Positions 38,542 through 46,999 of a stretch of DNA of 64,000 nt are shown here, one piece after another. Under the pieces are notes generated by a model, which did no database searches, was not told the origin of the DNA, and worked only from the letters and a program-made list of their open reading frames with translations. Numbering within the stretch: the stretch's first letter is position 1; each line of letters opens with the position of its first letter. This stretch comes from an uncultured Phycisphaerales bacterium (GTDB lineage: Bacteria > Planctomycetota > Phycisphaerae > Sedimentisphaerales > Anaerobacaceae), in the NCBI GenBank assembly GCA_963718665.1, contig OY970359.1, positions 2,272,001-2,336,000 of the forward strand. Direction: 5' to 3'. Both the position numbers and the translations under genes were made by a program.

Positions 38542-39669
38542 TTAGTATTCCTTTATTAATTCCAGCATCTTGCGGTCGAGCTTGTGGCCCTTATAGTCCT
38601 CATATTCCACGTCTTCGCGTTCGCTGTCTAAAACGCCGAATGGCCCCCGCAAATTCCACATTGCGTATCCCCAGCCGACCTCTTTCCACAGCGAAAGCAA
38701 ATCCGTCATCCATTTAATGGCTACGTCGTGAGGCGTCTTGTTAAAGCATCCCCATTCGCCCACGTGCACCGGCACGCCCTTTGCCATCAGCGGCTTCCAC
38801 GTATCAATTAGAGTGGCCCTCAGCGCCGCCTTGTCCCATATCCTGCCGTCGTTGCCTTTCAACGGCCAGGTGGGGACATCAAATGTTTGAAACGCGTCTT
38901 TCGGCACCCAGCCCGCCGTATAATGACTCACGCTCATCGGGTCATACCCGCGTGTACTCTGCACAACACCCAAATCCGCTATGCCCATAATAGGCAATCT
39001 CCCCACGTCCTTGCCGTCAGCCACAATCAGCCGATTGGGGTCTTCTTCCCTTATTCCCTTTACCAATGCCGTAACAACTTCTACATGACGAGTGTCCTCT
39101 TTTAAAGAGGGCGGCTCATTAATCAAATCGAAGCTAAGTTGCGTGCTCGGTATTCCCTTATATCGCTTCGCGAACATCTTCCAGTGAAAGACCGCCGCAT
39201 CAAGCGCCTTTTGCATTTTTTCAGGCGTATCTTCGTAAAGGTCCATTGGCTCCTGGTCACGCCCGTTGATGCAATATCCCGGTATGCGATGCAGGTTGAG
39301 ATTGATATGTATTTTGTATTGCTTGCCTTTTTCCACGACTGTGTCGATTTCTTTGAGCACGTCCGTGTCGATATTATACCAGTCGTTTTTGTCGGCCCAG
39401 TTCCAGTAAGACATTGGTATCCGGCCAAAGTCGAAGCCCCACTCTTTTATTATCTCGAAATCCTTTTCATTGAATTTTCTTCTTTGCGGGCCTTTTGAGC
39501 CAAACCCTACCGGGAAATTAAAGCCGCGATATCGGGGAAACTTCAGGGTTGTTTTCTGAGAATTTGCTGTCATATTTGCTCCTGACGCTGGCGTATCGCT
39601 GCTTTTGCATCCGGAAATTGCAGTCGCCGCGATTATGCCGCTTGTCTTTAGAAAGTCACGTCTGTTCAT
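38542..39669 (-). CDS. GH5 glycoside hydrolase with Tat (lipoprotein) signal
   Basis: NRRDFLK...ISGC, WGFDFGRIP, LINEP (acid/base), VGEWG (nucleophile). Confidence 0.9.
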   Translation of the reverse strand: MNRRDFLKTSGIIAATAISGCKSSDTPASGANMTANSQKTTLKFPRYRGFNFPVGFGSKGPQRRKFNEKDFEIIKEWGFDFGRIPMSYWNWADKNDWYNIDTDVLKEIDTVVEKGKQYKIHINLNLHRIPGYCINGRDQEPMDLYEDTPEKMQKALDAAVFHWKMFAKRYKGIPSTQLSFDLINEPPSLKEDTRHVEVVTALVKGIREEDPNRLIVADGKDVGRLPIMGIADLGVVQSTRGYDPMSVSHYTAGWVPKDAFQTFDVPTWPLKGNDGRIWDKAALRATLIDTWKPLMAKGVPVHVGEWGCFNKTPHDVAIKWMTDLLSLWKEVGWGYAMWNLRGPFGVLDSEREDVEYEDYKGHKLDRKMLELIKEY

Positions 39670-39896
39670 TCAGGGACCCCCATTCTTTTTTGCCGCTTTT
39701 GTTTTTCGTATCTGGTATTCTACCATTCCCCGAAACCATGTCAATCAGCTCCTTTACAAATGTAAATATGTCGAAGGCCTAGCATTTCAAATTCATCGTT
39801 AGGATGATATTTGCCTTTGTCTGAAGGGACTATTATAATACCTGTTAGCTGGTTCTTGTAACCTAAGATTGAAAAGACAATGTAAGGAGTCGAAAG

Positions 39897-41450
39897 ATGA
39901 ATTATGTTTGCAAAAAGCATAGAGTCGTTGTGCTGATTATAGTGTTTGTTTTGGCCGGTGTTTTGTCGGCGGATGTCCGGCTGCCCTCGGTCATAAGCGA
40001 TAATATGATCTTGCAGCAGGGCAAAGCTGTGCCGGTTTGGGGCTGGGCGGACGCTAATGAGGCGGTTACGGTTACAGGAAGCTGGGGGAACGGCAAATGG
40101 GAGACAACCGCCGACCATGATGGCAAGTGGATGGTCAAAATCGATACAGGTAAAGCGGGTGGCCCTTATGAGATGACGGTCAGCGGCCAAAATCCCATAA
40201 CGATTAAGAATATTCTCGTAGGCGAGGTATGGGTCTGCTCGGGCCAGTCGAATATGGAATTTACGGTTAAGCAGGCAAAAAATTCCGCTGAGGAAATAGC
40301 CGAGGCCAATAACTATCCACAGATAAGGCAATTTCTCGTGGGACGAAAAGTGATTTATACGCCTATGTATAATTGCAACGGCAAATGGCAGGTATGCAGC
40401 TCTCAAACGGTAGGAAACTTTACAGCGGTCGGATATTTCTTCGGCCGGGAGCTTTATAAACAGCTTAATGTGCCGATTGGTTTGATTCACACATCGTGGG
40501 GGGGGACGCCCGTTGAGTCGTGGATGAGCAGGGAATACCTGGAAAAAGATCCGAATTTTCAGCCGATTCTAAAGAGGTTTGAGGAGACATCAGCGGATAT
40601 CAACGAATTGAAAAGGAAGTATCGGGAAGAGATGCAGAAGTATGACTCGATAGTGCCAAAATTAAGAGCCGAAGGCAAGCCGCTGCCGCCAAGACCGGAA
40701 GAACCGATAGGCCCGGGGCATCCTTATTCACCAACGGGGCTTTATAATGGGATGATTGTTCCCATTCTTCCTTATGGTATACGCGGGGCGATTTGGTATC
40801 AGGGCGAGTCGAACGCCTGGCGGGCATACCAGTATCGCACGTTGTTCCCTGCGATGATTAAAAACTGGCGAGACGCTTGGCATCAGGGTGATTTCCCGTT
40901 CCTGTTTGTTCAACTTGCAAACTATATGGAACCGGAGTCCCAGCCGGTCGAGAGCGACTGGGCGGAGTTGCGAGAGGCACAATTGATGACGCTTTCGGTG
41001 CCGAATACCGGAATGGCGGTTACGATAGACATTGGCGAACCGGATATTCACCCCAAGAACAAGCAGGACGTCGGCAAACGCCTGGCGTTATGGGCTTTGG
41101 CAAAGACATACGGCAAAAATATCGTTTACTCAGGCCCGATATACAAATCAATGAAAGTCGATGGCAATAAGGCCGTCCTTGCTTTTGACAATATCGGCGG
41201 CGGACTGGTCGCTAAGGGCGATTCGCTGAAGGGGTTCGCAGTAGCCGGGGCAGACAAGAAATTTGTATGGGCAGACGCTAAAATTGAGGGCGATACAATC
41301 GTTGTAAGTTCCGATAAAGTTGCTGCGCCGGCTTCAGTGCGTTATGCCTGGGAGAAAAATCCGGTATGCAACCTGTATAATAAGGAAGGTCTGCCCGCGA
41401 CACCGTTCAGGACCGATACCTGGCCTGGCGTTACGGACGGCAGGCGCTAA
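39897..41450 (+). CDS. sialate O-acetylesterase-family carbohydrate esterase
   Basis: GEVWVCSGQSNME, WGGT..E.W, WYQGESN, DIHPKNKQ.VG.RLA. Confidence 0.92.
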   Translation: MNYVCKKHRVVVLIIVFVLAGVLSADVRLPSVISDNMILQQGKAVPVWGWADANEAVTVTGSWGNGKWETTADHDGKWMVKIDTGKAGGPYEMTVSGQNPITIKNILVGEVWVCSGQSNMEFTVKQAKNSAEEIAEANNYPQIRQFLVGRKVIYTPMYNCNGKWQVCSSQTVGNFTAVGYFFGRELYKQLNVPIGLIHTSWGGTPVESWMSREYLEKDPNFQPILKRFEETSADINELKRKYREEMQKYDSIVPKLRAEGKPLPPRPEEPIGPGHPYSPTGLYNGMIVPILPYGIRGAIWYQGESNAWRAYQYRTLFPAMIKNWRDAWHQGDFPFLFVQLANYMEPESQPVESDWAELREAQLMTLSVPNTGMAVTIDIGEPDIHPKNKQDVGKRLALWALAKTYGKNIVYSGPIYKSMKVDGNKAVLAFDNIGGGLVAKGDSLKGFAVAGADKKFVWADAKIEGDTIVVSSDKVAAPASVRYAWEKNPVCNLYNKEGLPATPFRTDTWPGVTDGRR

Positions 41451-41509
41451 CCGGAGTGGATTGTGGCATATACTTTTTCGGGTCGGCGTGCAGTCGTCGC
41501 CGCAATACA

Positions 41510-41908
41510 ATGACTAAGGGAAATTCATTCCCGAAAGCCAGCCGGCTTCTCGCGAACAGCCAATTCAGGTTTGTTTTGGCGAAGCGATTGAACGCTCGCG
41601 ATGAGCTTCTTTTGCTGTTTGCCCGCGAAAATGGCCTCGATTACCCCCGTCTGGGCATATCTATCGGCAAATCCTGTGGAAACGCGGTTGTTCGTAATCG
41701 GCTAAAACGGCTGTTACGCGAGGCCTTCAGGCAAAATAAACAACTAATCGCCCCCGGTTTCGATTTTGTGGTTTTAATGTCGCCCCAGTGGGTAAGGCAA
41801 ACCCGTGAAACAAAGGACATAAAAGCTGCTTTGGGGGCGATAAAATATGCGCAAATCCGCGATTCCTTCCTGAAATTGGCGGCCCAACTGACCTCAACAG
41901 GGGGTTAA
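41510..41908 (+). CDS. rnpA: ribonuclease P protein component
   Basis: RLGISIGK..GNAVVRNRLKRLLREAFR. Confidence 0.92.
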   Translation: MTKGNSFPKASRLLANSQFRFVLAKRLNARDELLLLFARENGLDYPRLGISIGKSCGNAVVRNRLKRLLREAFRQNKQLIAPGFDFVVLMSPQWVRQTRETKDIKAALGAIKYAQIRDSFLKLAAQLTSTGG

Positions 41909-41927
41909 TTTATAATCTTTAGCCCCT

Positions 41928-42227
41928 TTGCTGCCGATAAATGCTTATGTGAGCAGAGGTTGCCCATTGGGTCCCAAAACTGGATTAGTTTCGATAGGTA
42001 AGGCAGCGAAAGAGGCGGGCGTATCACGCCAGTCGCTGCAGTATTACATTATGCTGGGATTGCTCGAAGCAACCAAAATCACAAAAACCGGCAGACGGTT
42101 GTTTGACTCAAAGACGATTGACCGGGTCAAACTTGTTAAAAAGCTCAATAAAAGCGGCTACCCTCTGCGGGCCATACGTGAGTTGTTTCTTGAAGGCAGA
42201 ACTGATATGAAAGGAAAAGGGCGGTGA
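41928..42227 (+). CDS. MerR-family HTH regulator (start uncertain)
   Basis: SIGKAAKEAGVSRQSLQYY...GLL, GRRLF, GYPL.AI. Confidence 0.8.
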   Translation: MLPINAYVSRGCPLGPKTGLVSIGKAAKEAGVSRQSLQYYIMLGLLEATKITKTGRRLFDSKTIDRVKLVKKLNKSGYPLRAIRELFLEGRTDMKGKGR

Positions 42228-43159
42228 GCGATTACGAAACAATGCAGCGAAGACGCAGTATGGTCGTCGGGATTTTTGTCATTGTGGCGGTCATCGCGTT
42301 TTTCTGGATGATATTCAAATTCGGCGACCTGCCTATTTTAGTCAGCGAGATAAAGTCCTACGAGGTTAAAATTCAGTTCCCAAGCGCACCGGGCGTGCAG
42401 AGGGATACGCCGGTTCGGTTTTGCGGTTACCAGATAGGCACGGTAACAGATGTAAAGCCGCCGACTGTGCTCCAGGACCTCAATACCAAAAAATGGTATC
42501 ACCAGACAATGGTAATCGTCAGTATTGATAATCATTTTAAGGATATCCCTGACATAGTACAAGCAAAGCTGATGACGCGAGGGCTTGGCTCGAGCTATAT
42601 TGACCTGCGTATTCCGCCCGTTGACGTTTTGAAGGGAAAGGTTCTTGTTGAGGGCAGTTTGCTTCAGGGTTCGACCGGCGTTTCGAGCGAATTTTTCCCC
42701 GAGGAAACCCAGGCAAAACTGGAAGAGTTGATTACGGGTATTGCCACGTTTGTCAAAAACAGTAACGACGTTATCGGCGACGCCAATAACAAGGCCAATC
42801 TCAAAAACGCACTGGCCAATCTTGCTGATGCCAGCAAGGAGGCCAACGATGCTATAAGCCAGATTAAGGAAGCCGCTGACGCCGGCAAGACAATGCTCCA
42901 GAACGCTGATGCCAGGACCGCCCAGATTACCACGTCCCTTATCGCGACCAGCGATAAACTTGGTGAGGTTATGACCAATCTCGACAGTGTTCTTGTCAAG
43001 ATAAACGACGGTCAGGGAACAGCCGGCAAATTAGTGAACGACGGCCGGCTTTATGAGCAACTGCTTGAAGACAGTAAACAGCTTCATTTGGTCCTGCAAG
43101 ATATGAAAACTTTTGTTACTGAATCAACAGAAAAAGGCCTTACCATCAAGCTGAAGTAG
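42224..43159 (+). CDS. MlaD/MCE-family protein
   Basis: N-terminal TM VGIFV, A.GV....PV...GYQIG.V, GL.SSYI, helical tail with GTAGKLVND..LY. Confidence 0.88.
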   Translation: MSDYETMQRRRSMVVGIFVIVAVIAFFWMIFKFGDLPILVSEIKSYEVKIQFPSAPGVQRDTPVRFCGYQIGTVTDVKPPTVLQDLNTKKWYHQTMVIVSIDNHFKDIPDIVQAKLMTRGLGSSYIDLRIPPVDVLKGKVLVEGSLLQGSTGVSSEFFPEETQAKLEELITGIATFVKNSNDVIGDANNKANLKNALANLADASKEANDAISQIKEAADAGKTMLQNADARTAQITTSLIATSDKLGEVMTNLDSVLVKINDGQGTAGKLVNDGRLYEQLLEDSKQLHLVLQDMKTFVTESTEKGLTIKLK

Positions 43160-43228
43160 GGTTGCTTTGCGGGCCGCAGGAGGTTATCATTTGCCTTTCT
43201 TTTAATAGAAATCGTGGAAGGTGCGCAA

Positions 43229-44524
43229 ATGGCTAAAAGTTCCGTAATCCGTCCGACGGCGGAAGACAAAAAAGCAGTCGGCAAAATCGCAGAACTGGCA
43301 AAAAAAGCCGGTATCGATATAAAAGGCGGCAAGATAAGAAGAACGTCATCGCGGTTTTGCCTCGGCGTTGAGCACGGCGACTATAACGGAACCGAGCTTT
43401 TCGGCGTGGGCACTGACCGCTTTATCTGGATGGCATATAAGCCCGCCGAAGGGCGAGGTCTCGCCAAGGGCGGATCCGCCGAAGATTCTTCAATGCGGCT
43501 TTATAGCGGCAATTTCCCCGGCGACGGTGTGGTTGAATTTGAGCTGGGTAAAATCCCTGAGCCGAAATCACTGCAAACAGCCGACACGTGGGCGAGATTT
43601 GCTTATGGCGTTGATTTTGTTCTGCATCGGGCCGGCTACAAAATCACCAGAGGAATCAACGCAGTAATCTACGGCAATATCCCCGGCGGCGGGATGTCTC
43701 GCTCAGCTTCATTGGCCCTGAATCTGATACTGTCTGTTCTGGATGCCAATGGCATTGAGGAGCCGGATAAGCTCAAGATAGTAGATTTGGCACAGCAGGT
43801 CGAAAATGACTACATCGGCTCACCCTGCGGCAAATTAGACCAGATTATGATACTTTTCGCCCGTGAGGGTTTCGGCACTTACTACAATCCTAAAAAACAG
43901 TCGGTCGAGTATGTCCCATTGGGCAAACGTGCCGCTGATTTTTCGATTGTCGTAATGGATACCGGCACTGTTCGCCCAGGGCTGGAAAAATCGACTTATA
44001 AAATCAGGAGAGCCGAGTGCGAACAATTCGTTTCGATTCTCCAGAGGACCGGCTACAAAATTTCCTGTCTTGCCGACATCAAAACCGACGGCCTGTATGA
44101 AAAGATATTAGCCCAGTTTACCGGCCAATACCCCCACCTTTGTGACCGGTTCAAATATATCTTTGCCGCCCAGCAAAGATTTTACGAAATGTTAGACGCC
44201 TGGAAACGCGGGGACGTAGCGACGGTGGGGCGAATATTCCGCGAAGACGGCATCGGCCTTCGCGACGAGTATAAAATTTCAGGCCCTGAGCTCGAAACGA
44301 TGTGCGATATCGCAAGAACCATTCCCGGCTGTCTTGGCGAGCGAATGTTAGGCGGCGGGGATAAAGGTGCAGCCGGCGCATTGGTTAAAACCGCGAATGT
44401 CAAGGCCCTCAAAAAGGCGGTTGATATTGCATATCCTGCAAGCCGACCCGGTTTTGCCGATAAATACGCTGTCCACGTCTGCAAAGTCGTCGATGGCGTT
44501 AGAGTATACGACGGCATGATTTAA
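43229..44524 (+). CDS. galactokinase-like GHMP kinase, atypical motifs
   Basis: RFCLGVEHGDYNG, IPGGGMSRSAS, ENDYIGSPCGKLDQ, Y..RR.EC, LRD.Y.IS.PELE, RMLGGG. Confidence 0.8.
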   Translation: MAKSSVIRPTAEDKKAVGKIAELAKKAGIDIKGGKIRRTSSRFCLGVEHGDYNGTELFGVGTDRFIWMAYKPAEGRGLAKGGSAEDSSMRLYSGNFPGDGVVEFELGKIPEPKSLQTADTWARFAYGVDFVLHRAGYKITRGINAVIYGNIPGGGMSRSASLALNLILSVLDANGIEEPDKLKIVDLAQQVENDYIGSPCGKLDQIMILFAREGFGTYYNPKKQSVEYVPLGKRAADFSIVVMDTGTVRPGLEKSTYKIRRAECEQFVSILQRTGYKISCLADIKTDGLYEKILAQFTGQYPHLCDRFKYIFAAQQRFYEMLDAWKRGDVATVGRIFREDGIGLRDEYKISGPELETMCDIARTIPGCLGERMLGGGDKGAAGALVKTANVKALKKAVDIAYPASRPGFADKYAVHVCKVVDGVRVYDGMI

Positions 44525-44559
44525 GCCTCGTATCTGCCGTCTTCCCATAGCGTCATGCC

Positions 44560-44600
44560 TGCCAAAATGGTTTTGGCAATCTGCCAAAAATGGTTTTGAA
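44560..44600. promoter_or_regulatory. tandem palindromic sites, candidate enhancer (UAS)
   Basis: TGCCAAAA-TGG-TTTTGGCA (perfect) followed by TGCCAAAAA-TGG-TTTTGAA (imperfect). Confidence 0.55.
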
Positions 44601-44734
44601 CTCTTAAACTCAATCAATATACGGAATCTACTACCGATTGATAAATAATTAGCATAAACACAACTTATTGTGGTGTAAATAGTTACGAGTAAAATGAAAA
44701 ATTACAGTTAAACGGGTGCCTATTCTCGACCTTT

Positions 44735-44750
44735 TGGCGCGCCATTTGCA
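44735..44750 (+). promoter_or_regulatory. sigma-54 (-24/-12) promoter
   Basis: TGGCGC-GCCAT-TTGCA matches TGGCAC-N5-TTGCW with exact spacing. Confidence 0.7.
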
Positions 44751-44874
44751 CTCCTAAATATCAAATATGTTTGCTCGGCGGAATGCCGAGGATTTGCTAA
44801 TAACACGTCTTCGTTCATTCCTAATCGAGAGTAATAACTATATGGACAAATGTTTAAGAAAAGGAGTACAGTTT

Positions 44875-45102
44875 ATGAGCGACAAATCTCATCATGTAGT
44901 CCATAACCCTGATGGTGGTTGGGACGTCAAAAAAGGCGGAGCTGAGCGTGCCTCAGAACATTTTGACACACAAAAGGAAGCCATCGATAAAGGCAGAGAA
45001 ATCAGTCAAAACCAACATACCGAATTTGTTATTCACGACCGGCACGGCCGAATCAGAGAAAAAGACAGTCATGGCCATGACCCCTATCCACCAAGAGGGT
45101 GA
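44875..45102 (+). CDS. DUF2188-family small protein
   Basis: HHVV.N.DGGW.VK..GAERAS.HF.TQKEAI..GREIS.NQ..E..IH...GRI...DSHG.DP.PP.G; AAGGAG SD. Confidence 0.88.
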   Translation: MSDKSHHVVHNPDGGWDVKKGGAERASEHFDTQKEAIDKGREISQNQHTEFVIHDRHGRIREKDSHGHDPYPPRG

Positions 45103-45104
45103 TT

Positions 45105-45998
45105 ATGAGTAATTCATGGGAAGATAAATTTAGAGATTGGGCAAAACCACCCGGCAGGACGGAACAAGATCGTTGCGACAATGCGGCTTCTGCAATCCGT
45201 AATGCCATTAAAGCAAGCGACAAACTCCGAGAACGCAATATCACAATCTTTGCACAAGGCTCCTACCGGAATAATACCAACGTCCGTAAAAACAGCGACG
45301 TAGATATAGGAATCCTTTGCACGGATACATTTTTTTGTAATCCGCTTCCAGAAGGACGGACACGGGAAAATCTGAAAATATATGATGCTACCTATCAGTA
45401 CGAGCAGTACAAAAACGAAGTCGAAGAAGCCCTTGTAAACTACTTCGGGCGATATGTGGTCAAGCGTGGCAACAAGGCATTCGATATTCACGAAACGAGC
45501 TATCATGTCGAAGCCGACGTAGCAGCCTTCTTTGAACATCGTCGTTACTTTGCGGATGGGACATATCTTAAAGGTGTCGAATTACGAACCGACAAAGAGG
45601 ACCGGCGTGTCATCAACTGGCCCGAGCAGCATTACAACAACGGTACTAAAAAGAATGCAGATACTGGAACCCGTTTTAAGAGTATAGTGAGGGTGTTAAA
45701 GTCATTATCCGGCGAAATGACCGGGGCAGGCATACCGGCTGGGGATATTCCTGGCTATTTAATCGAGTGTCTTGTCTGGAACGTTCCCAACAATCAATTT
45801 CAGCATTCTACATACACCGCAGACGTTCGCTCAGTTCTTGCTTTCCTATTCAATAACACTATGAATCAGGAGGCGTGCAAGGAATGGGGAGAAGTCAGCG
45901 ACCTCCTCTACCTGTTTCACCCAGGCCAGAAGTGGACATGGCAGCAAGCACATGGCTTCACTGATACCGCATGGAACTATATCGGATTCGAGGGTTGA
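45105..45998 (+). CDS. cGAS/DncV-like nucleotidyltransferase (CD-NTase, CdnE-like), CBASS cyclase
   Basis: W.KPP..TE, QGSYRNNTNVR..SDVDI, RGNKA, ADV, INWPEQH..NG..KN..T..RFK..VR.LK, YLIECLVWNVP. Confidence 0.92.
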   Translation: MSNSWEDKFRDWAKPPGRTEQDRCDNAASAIRNAIKASDKLRERNITIFAQGSYRNNTNVRKNSDVDIGILCTDTFFCNPLPEGRTRENLKIYDATYQYEQYKNEVEEALVNYFGRYVVKRGNKAFDIHETSYHVEADVAAFFEHRRYFADGTYLKGVELRTDKEDRRVINWPEQHYNNGTKKNADTGTRFKSIVRVLKSLSGEMTGAGIPAGDIPGYLIECLVWNVPNNQFQHSTYTADVRSVLAFLFNNTMNQEACKEWGEVSDLLYLFHPGQKWTWQQAHGFTDTAWNYIGFEG

Positions 45999-46000
45999 CT

Positions 46001-46660
46001 ATGAGGAACGTAAACCTAAAGCTATTTCTTTTTATTCTTTTGGGGTTCTCGGCACTCGTATGGTTTGCCATCGCTACGGCAAACGGGCTAAATATGAAGA
46101 ACCTATTCGACTTCATCCGCCCGATTCCAAAAGTTGTCACTGTCGACCTTCTGCTTGTCGGTGTTTTCATGAAGTGGGGCTGGCGATGGAAATATCTCCA
46201 AGGTTGGCTTGTTCCGTTCCCAGATTTAAACGGAACATGGCAAGGGCATATCCAAACCAACTGGAAGGATGCTCAAGGCAAGACACCAGGGCCTATTCCA
46301 GTCATACTCACAATCAATCAGACTTTCGGGCGGATTAGTTGCGTCATGCGGACAGATGAAATGGAAAGCCGAAGTTATATTGAAGGTTTCTGCATCGACA
46401 AGGAAAGGCAGATTCTACAACTCTGCTACTCCTACACTAGCAAACCGAAAGCAAGTCTTAGAGACCGGAGCACGCCGCACGATGGTTCAATACTTTTTAA
46501 CATCATTGGTAAGCCAGTTCATAAACTAGAAGGCGAATACTGGACACAACGTCAGACAATTGGAACTGTAACGCTGACTTTTTTAACGAAGAAACTTCTC
46601 GACGAGTTTCCTTCGAATTCTCCTATTTGCCCTCTTTCTAATAGAAGTGTATATTCATAG
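46001..46660 (+). CDS. cap15: CBASS 2TM + beta-barrel effector (Cap15 / S-2TM-beta)
   Basis: Two N-terminal TMs, W.W.W, PDLNGTW.G, I.QT...I, T.E..S.S, L.Y.Y...P, H.G, L.G.YWT.R...G. Confidence 0.88.
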   Translation: MRNVNLKLFLFILLGFSALVWFAIATANGLNMKNLFDFIRPIPKVVTVDLLLVGVFMKWGWRWKYLQGWLVPFPDLNGTWQGHIQTNWKDAQGKTPGPIPVILTINQTFGRISCVMRTDEMESRSYIEGFCIDKERQILQLCYSYTSKPKASLRDRSTPHDGSILFNIIGKPVHKLEGEYWTQRQTIGTVTLTFLTKKLLDEFPSNSPICPLSNRSVYS

Positions 46661-46898
46661 GGTGAGAAGAAATAAGGTCAGATGCTAATTAGTCTGTAGA
46701 TTTTTGGAATAAGTTTGGCCTGCCGCGTATTATGTTGGTATTAAGTATTGAATATTAAGGAGATAAGTAATGAAATAGGGGAAAACCGGGGACAGCAATC
46801 GTTTTTTTCGTAGTGCAACGGAGACCTCGGCGTAGTTCTTCAACGTAGCCGGGCGGCGGTATCCGACACGGAGCGAAGCGACGAGCCCGTTTCGGAAT

Positions 46899-46947
46899 TA
46901 CGATATACTAAATACGAACTACTAACGACTATCGACTAACGACTAAG
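46899..46947 (+). repeat. degenerate heptamer tandem array
   Basis: 7 units: TACGATA TACTAAA TACGAAC TACTAAC GACTATC GACTAAC GACTAAG. Confidence 0.8.
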
Positions 46948-46999
46948 TTCCATAAAATTTCCCTGTCTGATAATCCGGAACTTTGATAAACTAACAGAC

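Noticed and set aside
39741..40490. Long antisense ORFs (e.g. 39741-40490, 14029-14718, 36550-37194, 49874-50536)
   Set aside because: They lie opposite well-supported genes, have no recognisable motifs and are expected shadow ORFs.
41913..41940. TAAT-N16-GCCGATAA sigma-28-like promoter before the MerR gene
   Set aside because: The -10 matches but the -35 and spacing are imperfect and the gene start is uncertain; too weak to list.
44767..44874. N-terminal extension of the DUF2188 ORF in the track
   Set aside because: The domain and a strong SD begin at ATG 44875; the extension overlaps the predicted leader hairpin.
45971..46000. Longer Cap15 start overlapping the cyclase
   Set aside because: ATG 46001, 2 nt after the cyclase stop, fits coupling better and directly precedes TM1.
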